DNA from: a virus
Lineage: Duplodnaviria > Caudoviricetes
DNA: 64,000 nt
IMG/VR virus record: IMGVR_UViG_3300025849_003344
Strand: one strand, 5' to 3'
Made by a program: the position numbers and the translations under genes
The notes under the pieces: model-generated
The model's input: the letters and a program-made list of their open reading frames with translations, nothing else
Database searches by the model: none
What the model was told of the DNA's origin: nothing
In this document: piece by piece, positions 45,746-54,550 of the stretch
How positions within the stretch are numbered: the stretch's first letter is position 1
How the letters are laid out: each line of letters starts with the position of its first letter

Positions 45746-45767
45746 GTTCTACTTCCTCTCGTGTTAT

Positions 45768-45787
45768 AAAAGGGGGCCGAAGCCCCC
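45768..45787 (-). terminator. Rho-independent terminator
   Basis: GGGGC-TTCG-GCCCC then CTTTT. Confidence 0.75.
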
Positions 45788-45792
45788 AATTA

Positions 45793-45984
45793 CTATGCTT
45801 TTCTAAGATCTTTAATTTGCATCATGCAATATTTAGATTGTTCATGCAAACCGTTAGCAGCTAAGTGTGCTGCTGCTCTGCTATATCCGATAATCTCAAA
45901 CTGTATGACAATGCTCTCCCAGATTCTGGCGAAAAAAGGACGATAACCAACATTATTGCTTTCAACATATGACATTATACCCAC
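45793..45984 (-). CDS. Small hypothetical protein
   Basis: 63 aa; GYSRAAAHLAANG. Confidence 0.55.
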   Translation of the reverse strand: MGIMSYVESNNVGYRPFFARIWESIVIQFEIIGYSRAAAHLAANGLHEQSKYCMMQIKDLRKA

Positions 45985-46163
45985 CCTCGTAAGTTAGGGT
46001 TCATGTCTACATCTTTGCGAGCGACAGAATATATATCGCCTCTGCTGATACCAATGTCGTTTAGTTCTTTATTAGTTAGCTGATTAAGTTCTTTAACCGT
46101 CTTCCTAATTTCACGTGTAGATAGATAAGAATTATAAATCTTATTCAAGAAGTTCTTTAGCAT
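45975..46163 (-). CDS. DUF1127 (YjiS-like) small protein
   Basis: R.T..EL..L...EL.DIGISRGDI. Confidence 0.85.
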   Translation of the reverse strand: MLKNFLNKIYNSYLSTREIRKTVKELNQLTNKELNDIGISRGDIYSVARKDVDMNPNLRGWV

Positions 46164-46587
46164 TTTTATTTTCCTCGTAATGCCCAATATTGATTTTACG
46201 AGGACGCATTTCTTCTGGGATAACATATTGCAATTCGATTGCCAAGATGCCATCCTGAATATCTGCTCCGTTTACGTGTACGTGTTCAGACAGCCTAAAA
46301 GTACGCTTAAATTTCTTTGTCGAAATGCCGCGATGGATAAACTCTCTACCTTTAGAAATGTGTTCCCCTGTAACAGTCAAAGTTCTGTCTTTAACTTCTA
46401 CAGAGATCTCATCTTTTGTAAACCCAGCAATAGCCAATTCAATCAGATAATCTGTTTCTGAGGCTCTAATAATGTTGTGAGGTGGATAGTGATCATTTGA
46501 ATGTTTAGCTGTAAATTCCAGCTCATTAAATAAATGATCGAATCCTACGAAAGATGAACGCGGGAAAAGTGTATGTACGCCTGTCAT
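46141..46587 (-). CDS. hsp20: Small heat-shock protein Hsp20/IbpA-like
   Basis: FVGFD, YPPHNI, IELAIAGF, HRGIS..F.R.F.L, DGIL; start MTGVH after AAGGAG. Confidence 0.95.
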   Translation of the reverse strand: MTGVHTLFPRSSFVGFDHLFNELEFTAKHSNDHYPPHNIIRASETDYLIELAIAGFTKDEISVEVKDRTLTVTGEHISKGREFIHRGISTKKFKRTFRLSEHVHVNGADIQDGILAIELQYVIPEEMRPRKINIGHYEENKNAKELLE

Positions 46588-46640
46588 TGTTATCTCCTTT
46601 TGACCAAGCAAGATTGTAATGGACCCGTTTCCGGCATCCG
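46588..46640 (-). promoter_or_regulatory. ROSE-like RNA thermometer in hsp20 5' UTR
   Basis: TCTTGCTT pairs with AAGGAGA leaving a bulged G; upstream GAAA-loop hairpin. Confidence 0.7.
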
Positions 46641-46643
46641 ATT

Positions 46644-46681
46644 TATTTATACATTATACAACATTATTACATCGTTGTACA
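46644..46681 (-). promoter_or_regulatory. Tandem early and late promoters for hsp20
   Basis: TGTACA-N17-TATAAT then TATAAATA. Confidence 0.75.
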
Positions 46682-46867
46682 CTATTTTTTTCGTCTTTTT
46701 CCAAATCCAAGACGATGCATGACTATCATGCGGTCTTCATAAGACATTTTAGACCAAGATGATATCTCGTCTATAGTCCTATTACACCCCTTGCACACAC
46801 GGGTATCTTTGTCTATATGACATACGCCTATGCAAGGAGTTATGTATAAATTATCTTGTGTTTCCAT
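46682..46867 (-). CDS. DUF1289-like Cys-rich protein
   Basis: TPCIGVC...CKGCNRTIDEISSW. Confidence 0.8.
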   Translation of the reverse strand: METQDNLYITPCIGVCHIDKDTRVCKGCNRTIDEISSWSKMSYEDRMIVMHRLGFGKRRKK

Positions 46868-46878
46868 ATGGAATGCCG

Positions 46879-48024
46879 TTATTTATTTTTTATAAGTTTC
46901 TTTACTATATATTTAATAAATTCTTCTGTACTACTTCTTTTCATATAATGATAGTAATTATATGTTATCTTTTCTCTTGTAAGAGGATTATCAAAATCTT
47001 TATTCTTTTTAAGTCTAATCATTTCATCTACTAAAGATTTTATCGTTAACTCGTTTGAGTAATCAAACAACTCGTCATATATTTCATAACCTTCGGTTTT
47101 TAAATGGTTACTAAAAGATCCACCTTCTGCAAATGTAAAAAACGGCACCTGAGCAAAAATAGGTTTTAAAGATTTTTCAGTATGCATATAATGATGATTC
47201 TCTATTGTGATATAATATTCGCTGTCAAATATATGCTGTGAAACTCTACGTTGTTCGGTTGTGCGGTATGTGTATTGTTTATTATCAGAATAGCTTATCT
47301 CAAAATCTTCAAATAGTCTTTCTTTAAACAAATGCTCATACTCATCATATTTTTCTATTTTTCCTTTTTTATGTCTTTGATCATCACATAACGTCCAGAA
47401 AAACTGATCATTCAATAAACCATTTTGCTCACAATATACTAAAAATTCTTGATTTAATTTTTTATGTTTAGATCCTAAATAACTGCAGAACAGATATTTT
47501 TTCTTATCGAACCAATTTGGATTGTAAAACAGATATTTCCTATTCATTGTATTCAATGAATCTGTTCTGAAATTAAACTCAAAAAACCTACTAAAGTTTA
47601 CTATAAGATCATCTTCATAGTGCGAATGACCCATTATTTTTATATTATAATTTTGTAAAAATTTCCACCAGTCTTGACTTGTAATAAACACACCATCTTG
47701 TTTTGATATATTTAGTATTTCCCAAGATCGATCTAAATAGCATTGAATGCCATGTTTATTACACCATTCAAATATATTTTCATTTTGCTGTAATAGATAA
47801 AGTTTACGTTCTGGATCGGTTAACCTATGACATATCTCATTACTTAAAACTTTATTAAAGAAGAATATTTTTGGAAGAGATGAACTAGGTGTGTCTATGA
47901 AAATATGTTTTGTCTTTCCGAATGCATATTGTGCAATTTGTCTTTCCTGTAAAAGACCTTCTAATCCGCTTCTTCTATCTGTTTTTCTACGATCAACCCA
48001 TAATTCAAATATTGGTGTTTCCAT
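46879..48024 (-). CDS. Putative glycosyltransferase-like protein
   Basis: C-terminal YITIE...TEKSLKPI...PF...YEIYDELFDYS; paralogous to 49601-50788. Confidence 0.45.
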   Translation of the reverse strand: METPIFELWVDRRKTDRRSGLEGLLQERQIAQYAFGKTKHIFIDTPSSSLPKIFFFNKVLSNEICHRLTDPERKLYLLQQNENIFEWCNKHGIQCYLDRSWEILNISKQDGVFITSQDWWKFLQNYNIKIMGHSHYEDDLIVNFSRFFEFNFRTDSLNTMNRKYLFYNPNWFDKKKYLFCSYLGSKHKKLNQEFLVYCEQNGLLNDQFFWTLCDDQRHKKGKIEKYDEYEHLFKERLFEDFEISYSDNKQYTYRTTEQRRVSQHIFDSEYYITIENHHYMHTEKSLKPIFAQVPFFTFAEGGSFSNHLKTEGYEIYDELFDYSNELTIKSLVDEMIRLKKNKDFDNPLTREKITYNYYHYMKRSSTEEFIKYIVKKLIKNK

Positions 48025-49114
48025 ATGGAATTGCTCCGAGTCTTTCTCTCCATGGATCTACTATAACAGATCCTTCAGGGAATTCATAATCAGTATTTGA
48101 AGAGCCAAATGTTGTTTGATGTGAATGCGCTAGTAAGAATACGGCTGGTTTACTAAAATCATCGAATGTACAATCGCAAAATTGAGAAACTAGAATAGAT
48201 GGAGATCCATCTTCATATGGCACATCAGGTTTAAAACCTTTACCAATAATTATAATAGGAAGATCATGCTCAGTTGATAATTTTTTAAGATACTTTGCCA
48301 TGTTAGCAGCTTGTTTTTCTCTAGCTACTATGATAGTATCAAACATATCATAGCCTAGATCTAATTCTTGAGCTAGCCAACGCAATGCAATGTTATCACG
48401 AGGGTGACAGCTACCTCCGTCACCCATGCCGGCTTTCATATATTTAGGTGACATAATGCGTAGTGTAGATTGTGCTAAGGCATCTGTAACAACATCGACG
48501 TTCATATTACCTAATTTCATAGCAACGTCTTGCACCATATTAGCAAGAGTAATTTTAGTCGTTATAAACGTATTATAGAATATTTTAATAGATTCGCATT
48601 CTTCATATGTGCCACGAATGTATCTGTCACAATCACAAATACCTTTATAGAAATTTTCTAAAATCTCCATTGCTGATTCATCACCGCCCATCATAATCAT
48701 TTCAGGATTAACAAAGTCTTCTTTGACTGTTCCCATTGCGATTAGATAAGGGTTATATACAAACTTTGCATTTTGAATACGAGGTTCAAATTCCCTAGCT
48801 GTTGTTCCTGGTAATACTGTAGAAATTAATACAACAATCTGATCTTTATTCACTAAAGGATTGATTGCTTCGAGTGTTTCATTAACAATAGAATAATCAA
48901 AATCTTTTGGTTCTAGATCTGAACAAACATATCTTCCGTCATACAGCGGATCGTGAGGAGTTGGAACAGCTATAAAAATTATATCTTTATTTAAAACTGC
49001 GTCTGATATTGATCCTCTACCATCGATATCATAACCAGTGACGTCATGCTGTGTAGCCATGACTTCACTGACTGGATTTCCTAGTTTACCTAATCCAATA
49101 AATCCGATTTTCAT
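48005..49114 (-). CDS. UDP-glucose/GDP-mannose dehydrogenase family protein
   Basis: IGLGKLG, AVPTP, YNP, GGSCHPRD. Confidence 0.85.
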   Translation of the reverse strand: MKIGFIGLGKLGNPVSEVMATQHDVTGYDIDGRGSISDAVLNKDIIFIAVPTPHDPLYDGRYVCSDLEPKDFDYSIVNETLEAINPLVNKDQIVVLISTVLPGTTAREFEPRIQNAKFVYNPYLIAMGTVKEDFVNPEMIMMGGDESAMEILENFYKGICDCDRYIRGTYEECESIKIFYNTFITTKITLANMVQDVAMKLGNMNVDVVTDALAQSTLRIMSPKYMKAGMGDGGSCHPRDNIALRWLAQELDLGYDMFDTIIVAREKQAANMAKYLKKLSTEHDLPIIIIGKGFKPDVPYEDGSPSILVSQFCDCTFDDFSKPAVFLLAHSHQTTFGSSNTDYEFPEGSVIVDPWRERLGAIPYGNTNI

Positions 49115-49620
49115 TATTTACCTGCTATTTCTAAGTTATATAATTTATCGTGGATATGATAATAGTAATTATATTTTTCATTAAAGCATGATCGTGCGGT
49201 GCTTCTCGGAAAGGCTAAACTTAGATTAACAATAATACCCTTTCTTGCATTATCTATTGCTATGTCATCATAAGTACTGTATATACATCTATCAATATGT
49301 TGCCCGCAGAAAAAAATATTTGGCTTATGTTTATGTTTTAATTCCTGAGTATAAAACCAATTCTTTGCCTCAACTTTAGGCCAGTCATGATCAGTTAATG
49401 ATTCTATCTAACCATTATGTGTGTTATGCGACACTATCTGATATCCATTGTTCGCTAAAACACTTAGACTGTACTTAAGATAATTATAAAAATATGCTCC
49501 TGACTTTAATACGTCATAAAAATCACTTGTATTGCTAGATTTAAGAGTATTTTCTTTCCAATGAGATTCACTCCACATATCAACTACGACAATATATCCT
49601 TTAGGCCAAGGTGAAGACAT
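49114..49620 (-). pseudogene. Isochorismatase/cysteine-hydrolase-like ORF interrupted by an in-frame TAG (49408-49410)
   Basis: Frame stays open 97 codons past the TAG to TAA at 49114; VVVDMW and FFCGQHIDRC motifs lie on either side. Confidence 0.6.
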
Positions 49621-50788
49621 TATATAAGTGTTCCTTGTATTTAGAAATTCTAGAATTTTTCATGTACAAATAATAGTTATATTCTATCTTTTCAATTAAA
49701 GAAGGTTGACTAAATATTGACATTGGTTCTTTTTCAAGTCGTTTGACGTTGTCAGCAATATGCTGAGCTCTCTTGTATATATTATATCTGCCGTCATCTT
49801 CACCTCCTTGTGGTTCTTCAAAAGAGTAATCAAACAGCTCATCGTATAATTCAAAGCCATATTTACTTGCAAATATTTGATTATCTTTAGGACCGCCAAA
49901 TATAATAAAAGGAAGCTTAGCTATTACGTGCTTAAAAGTTTTTTCTGTATAAAATCCATCAACCGCCATAGTCTCATTAACTACAGAGAAATGGCAATTT
50001 AGCATTTCTTGAGGTATTCTTCTTTCATCTATAATATTTAAAGGATCTTTAGGATTAAAATAAGAATATTTAAATTGCAATTCGTATGGATCGTGTTTTA
50101 AAACTTCTTGCTGATTATTTTTTGCGTAATTAATAAATTGTAAATAACCAGAATCTTTTATATCTAAATTGCAATTGCTAATCCATTCTAGTTTGTTAAG
50201 ATCACTTTTATTAATTTTTGTAACGATAGAGTTCTCATCTATCAAATCATTATATGCAAACACCGAATACAATATACTAGACTTGTCTTTTGTAATATCG
50301 CCTACAAATAAATTATAAAAATATTCTTTATCAGAGAATCTAGAATGGTAAGTATTTTGCCTAGTTCTATGATTCCATTCGTCATGCTGATAACGCATAC
50401 TAAAGAAAAAACTATTAATGTCAACAAAAATAGGATTGTCGGTAATAGTATTTGTTAATATTTTTATATTGTTATCGAGAAAAAACTTTTCGTATTGTCT
50501 TGTCAATTGACTAAGATTTTCACCACCATATTCCCAACTATCGTCTAGAAACACTTTAATATTATTATCTAGACACCATTTTATTTCCTTCATTTGGGTC
50601 TCAGGAAATACACTATTATGTTGTATACTATGATTGTAGTAAATTATTGCAATGTTTTGCTCATTATGATTTACATCTAAAAAGAAAGGTTTGTGGGTAA
50701 ACGTAGTCTCCCACAAACCTGCTAACTTCACGTCTTGAAGCCATGAATTGCCTCCATGGATATCATAATCTAAATATGTATTAATCAT
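49601..50788 (-). CDS. Putative glycosyltransferase-like protein
   Basis: FSVVNET...TEKTFK...PFIIFG...FELYDELFDYS. Confidence 0.45.
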   Translation of the reverse strand: MINTYLDYDIHGGNSWLQDVKLAGLWETTFTHKPFFLDVNHNEQNIAIIYYNHSIQHNSVFPETQMKEIKWCLDNNIKVFLDDSWEYGGENLSQLTRQYEKFFLDNNIKILTNTITDNPIFVDINSFFFSMRYQHDEWNHRTRQNTYHSRFSDKEYFYNLFVGDITKDKSSILYSVFAYNDLIDENSIVTKINKSDLNKLEWISNCNLDIKDSGYLQFINYAKNNQQEVLKHDPYELQFKYSYFNPKDPLNIIDERRIPQEMLNCHFSVVNETMAVDGFYTEKTFKHVIAKLPFIIFGGPKDNQIFASKYGFELYDELFDYSFEEPQGGEDDGRYNIYKRAQHIADNVKRLEKEPMSIFSQPSLIEKIEYNYYLYMKNSRISKYKEHLYNVFTLA

Positions 50789-50790
50789 TA

Positions 50791-51201
50791 TTACTTATTG
50801 CCGATATTATATTTTGGGCAAAGTTCCCACTGTTCTTTCTCTTTAAAAGGAATAATTTTAATCTGTCTAAGTGGCGCTAATGGTTTGGCTTCTTCAGCAT
50901 TTTGAATCTCAACCAAACCCCAATCAGACATTAGAGTTGTAATAGTATTTCTACGAGCTACATCATTTTCTTCAAGATTTGCTTTCTTACCGTCAAGCAA
51001 GAATAACTCTTTAAAATGCACAATAAAATAACGGCCTTGTTTATGCAATATATGACAAGACTGAAATAGTTTTTTATCTTTACGGGATGCGACACCAATA
51101 CGTGTCAATGTTTCACGAACCTTTAAAAAATCATCTGGTTCGTTTAAAGTAATTTCCAACATAGTAGCTGGAGACCACTCAACAATTATTTGTTCTTCCA
51201 C
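50791..51201 (-). CDS. regA: Translational repressor RegA
   Basis: PDDFLKVRETLTRIGVAS, QSCHILHKQGRYFIVHFKELF. Confidence 0.95.
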   Translation of the reverse strand: MEEQIIVEWSPATMLEITLNEPDDFLKVRETLTRIGVASRKDKKLFQSCHILHKQGRYFIVHFKELFLLDGKKANLEENDVARRNTITTLMSDWGLVEIQNAEEAKPLAPLRQIKIIPFKEKEQWELCPKYNIGNK

Positions 51202-51565
51202 CTTTATTCACCTTCTTCTTTAACCCATTTATTTGTTCGGGTGAGAGAAGTGGTAATATTTGACGAGCTTTCTCATTACTATAGCCATAATATTTTTTAA
51301 CCACTTCAACGTCACTCTCAATCTGAGGCTTTATCCATTTAGAAAAGCGTTTGCGCTTTCTAACCATATTTATAAGAAAGTCAAATTGTAAACGATTGTC
51401 AAGGTGGTGGTAGCGATTCATCTCATTAGCTAGTACAACAGTATCGTTAAAATAAGAAAGTGAACGATTGACCATAAAACTGTTATATGCTTTTTCTGTT
51501 ATATCATCTGTTATAACATCTTTTTTAGTGGTATTAATAGAATTTAAATAATCAAACGGGTTCAT
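51179..51565 (-). CDS. 62: Clamp loader small subunit gp62
   Basis: PFDYLNSIN, YNSFMVNRSLS, RKRKRFSKW. Confidence 0.92.
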   Translation of the reverse strand: MNPFDYLNSINTTKKDVITDDITEKAYNSFMVNRSLSYFNDTVVLANEMNRYHHLDNRLQFDFLINMVRKRKRFSKWIKPQIESDVEVVKKYYGYSNEKARQILPLLSPEQINGLKKKVNKGGRTNNC

Positions 51566-52602
51566 AGCTGTCCTTCAATTCCACTATCTACTCCAGGCCA
51601 TTCGGGCTTAAATAGTCTTTTGATACCTTCTAACATTTCAAATGTTTCTTCTGGCCTAGATACGTGAAAACATCGATGAGGAAACGATTGTATTTGTTTA
51701 GCAAAAGGATAATCGTTGCCGCCTTCTTGAGTATCATCGCCAAAGAAGATAATACTATTATACACTTCTTCTAGGTGTTTGTACACCTGTCCTTTATCCC
51801 TTCCGTCTTCACACACGTCGATGCCAGTTTCTCCAGCAATTTGAGCAGAGTACGAATGAAATACTGAATTAAATTCTCTTGCTAAGATTTCTCTTTCATT
51901 AGTGCGTTCATCATATTTAATATATTCCTGACGTTTCTTCTTTGTACAGCCTCTTCCTATAATAGAGAAATTCATCATACCAGGACGTAGGTCAATATGT
52001 TTTTTACCAGTCCTATATGGAAACTTGCTTTCTTCAAGTCGCTGCTTACACCATTTAACCATTACTGTCGACATAGTAAACGTAGGAACAGACTTGACCA
52101 ACTCATCATTTACCCATAACTCATTACCAGCGCACTGATAAGAACCTTTTACAACTTTAGTTAAATCTCCTAATTGCTCTTTAGTCTTGGCAAAGTCTGA
52201 TCCAGTAAGAAAGTAAATATCGACACTACTAGAAAGTTGCCGTATTACTTCTGCATAATCAGGATCGATCTTTTCTCTACTAGGAGTAATAGTTCCATCA
52301 ACATCAAAAACAAGACAATTATCTTTTTTAGTTTGTGCTATAGCTTCTTTTATTCTCTGACCTAAATTTTCACCTGTCAGCTTTTTTGTATCAATATCTT
52401 TATTGATCCATATGTCATGACCAGGCACTCTCCAATAAAGCATAGGAACAGTCTTATGACCTTTCCTTTTCAGGAAGGCTTTTGCCTCTGGATCTTTGGT
52501 AATGTCGACTGCTTGAAAGTCTTCGGTGCCATCCATCTTACTGAGCATGCGCTTCATGATCTCACAATAGTGGCATCTTGGTTGTGTGTATAGTATTAGC
52601 AT
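51562..52602 (-). CDS. Glutaredoxin / HAD-IIB phosphomannomutase-like fusion
   Basis: CHYC..TVPM; FDVDGTI, TGSD, NFSIIGR, FFGD...GGNDY. Confidence 0.8.
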   Translation of the reverse strand: MLILYTQPRCHYCEIMKRMLSKMDGTEDFQAVDITKDPEAKAFLKRKGHKTVPMLYWRVPGHDIWINKDIDTKKLTGENLGQRIKEAIAQTKKDNCLVFDVDGTITPSREKIDPDYAEVIRQLSSSVDIYFLTGSDFAKTKEQLGDLTKVVKGSYQCAGNELWVNDELVKSVPTFTMSTVMVKWCKQRLEESKFPYRTGKKHIDLRPGMMNFSIIGRGCTKKKRQEYIKYDERTNEREILAREFNSVFHSYSAQIAGETGIDVCEDGRDKGQVYKHLEEVYNSIIFFGDDTQEGGNDYPFAKQIQSFPHRCFHVSRPEETFEMLEGIKRLFKPEWPGVDSGIEGQL

Positions 52603-53540
52603 TAATTAAACTCTACATTTGCCATTATCTCTGTCATACAAGCCACAACATTTAATTCGTGATCTGCCACGAAAGCGTGCTTGTATTGATAGTCTGCTAA
52701 TATAAGTACGAGTTGCGGTATTGATCTACTAGCAACTACTTCTGTCATATTATCATATAATCCACGAAAGATAGATGAGGCATCGACGTCCATGTTATTT
52801 GCGACCCAATGCCTCATCTTCTTGAAGTCTTTTTCTTTTAGGTGTTTGGAGAGATCACTAATGGAAGCAAGGCCATTGCTATTATCGTTACCATTAATCC
52901 CGCTACCACCAAATCCACTTCTTTGCCCTTCATTTAATACTCTCCTCCAGTCTGGAGCGTACTTCATAACGAGATTAGCCGCAGCATTTTTCTCGAATGA
53001 TACGCCTTCTTGATTAAGTATATATACGAAACGCTTGAAAAATTGTGCTGCTAGCTCGGCCATTTCTTTCTTTGAAGTATTAAATTCGTATACACCACAG
53101 CGAGAGTGAAGTGGTTCGATAATACGATTTTTAAAATTACAAGTAAGAATGAACCGGCAATTATTGCTAAACTCTTCAATAAATCCGCGAAGTGCAGGTT
53201 GAGTAGATTGTGGATTAAGATAATCTGCTTCGTCTAAGATAACAACTTTATATCCACCCTGTAATGAAACAGTAGATGCAAATTGCTTGATCTTAGTACG
53301 AAGTGTATCAATGTTGCCTTCTTCCGAACCATTGATTATGATATAATCTAAGCCCAGTTCATTGCATAATGCTTTAGCAACAGTCGTTTTACCTAGACCG
53401 GCTGTACCGGTGAAAAGCATGTTAGGCATTTCACCGGTATCAACCATGCTCTGAAACGTGTCTTTAAGTCTAGGAGGCAGTATCGTTTCAGATATAGCTT
53501 TAGGCCGATATTTTTCGACCCATAGAAATTCGTTTGACAT
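52602..53540 (-). CDS. 44: Clamp loader large subunit gp44
   Basis: LWVEKYRP, GTAGLGKT, ILDEAD, SRC. Confidence 0.95.
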   Translation of the reverse strand: MSNEFLWVEKYRPKAISETILPPRLKDTFQSMVDTGEMPNMLFTGTAGLGKTTVAKALCNELGLDYIIINGSEEGNIDTLRTKIKQFASTVSLQGGYKVVILDEADYLNPQSTQPALRGFIEEFSNNCRFILTCNFKNRIIEPLHSRCGVYEFNTSKKEMAELAAQFFKRFVYILNQEGVSFEKNAAANLVMKYAPDWRRVLNEGQRSGFGGSGINGNDNSNGLASISDLSKHLKEKDFKKMRHWVANNMDVDASSIFRGLYDNMTEVVASRSIPQLVLILADYQYKHAFVADHELNVVACMTEIMANVEFN

Positions 53541-53562
53541 ATTCTTTCCTTCATAATATAAT

Positions 53563-53591
53563 ATAATAACATAGTTCAATAGGAAAGTACA
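53563..53591 (-). promoter_or_regulatory. Promoter for gp44
   Basis: TGTACT-N17-TATTAT. Confidence 0.6.
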
Positions 53592-53594
53592 TAG

Positions 53595-53819
53595 TTATTC
53601 AGCGGTAGCTTGCTCCTGCTGATAGTTTTCTGCCAATTGAATAACTTGAACACATTGGTCACGAAGTTGTCCAATAGTAGAAAGCTCTTCTCCTTTAAAG
53701 GCACCTCGTTGACACATAGTGTCAATCACCGCAATCATACTGCGCGAAGCACGATTACTTGTTTCATAAATGGGAGCATGCGGATCCGCTGCTTGCTCTT
53801 CTTTTTTATTTTTTGACAT
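53595..53819 (-). CDS. Conserved hypothetical protein
   Basis: IDTMCQRGAFKGEELSTIGQLRD. Confidence 0.7.
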   Translation of the reverse strand: MSKNKKEEQAADPHAPIYETSNRASRSMIAVIDTMCQRGAFKGEELSTIGQLRDQCVQVIQLAENYQQEQATAE

Positions 53820-53820
53820 T

Positions 53821-54495
53821 TTATACTCCGTATTCTGATGTCTTTTCAAGGGCGATCCAATATTGAATGCCTACTTCTTTGTTAACAAAATGTGAAATAA
53901 GTTTTGATGAGATACCAACTTCATAATCACCCGGAATCATTTTCAGATTTGCAATATTAAAGATGAAGTTAAAATTATCTCCTACAAATTCTCCACTCAC
54001 ATCAATGGAGAATGCATTTGACGTTGCGTTTTGACTATCAACAACTGATAGACTTAACACTCCGTCTTTTCCAGTAATGGAAAGCTCAGAGTGGCCAAGA
54101 GTCGAGGCCGCTCGTTTAATTCGATTTAGTGTATCTTGATCCAAATTAAATGTCACATCAGCAGATGGCATTTTAACATCCTTACTAGGAGACGTTAGCA
54201 TCTCAGGATCAGAAAAGAAATATTTAATTCGAGAGCGATTACTGCTATCTGTAATAACCACATAATCTTGCTCAAATGCTAAACGAGGTTCACCAACGAG
54301 ATTGATAACACCTAGAAACTCATTGAGATCATAGATGCCAAATTCTTGTGGGAAACTTTCATCGAGCGTAGCCGAAGACAAAACATTGCGTGCCTCGGTC
54401 ATAGTTTTAATTGTGTTACCTTCTTGAATCACGATATTGGGATTAATCGATGCGTAATTCTTCAATACAGAAAGTGTTGAGTCTTTCAGTTCCAT
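53821..54495 (-). CDS. 45: Sliding clamp gp45
   Basis: LKNYASIN, FGIYDLNEFL, YWIALE. Confidence 0.95.
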   Translation of the reverse strand: MELKDSTLSVLKNYASINPNIVIQEGNTIKTMTEARNVLSSATLDESFPQEFGIYDLNEFLGVINLVGEPRLAFEQDYVVITDSSNRSRIKYFFSDPEMLTSPSKDVKMPSADVTFNLDQDTLNRIKRAASTLGHSELSITGKDGVLSLSVVDSQNATSNAFSIDVSGEFVGDNFNFIFNIANLKMIPGDYEVGISSKLISHFVNKEVGIQYWIALEKTSEYGV

Positions 54496-54521
54496 TATAT
54501 ACTCCAGTTGATTATGTATAT

Positions 54522-54550
54522 ATTATACCACATGTTAACGTCATTGTAAA
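54522..54550 (-). promoter_or_regulatory. Promoter for gp45
   Basis: TTTACA-N17-TATAAT. Confidence 0.75.
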
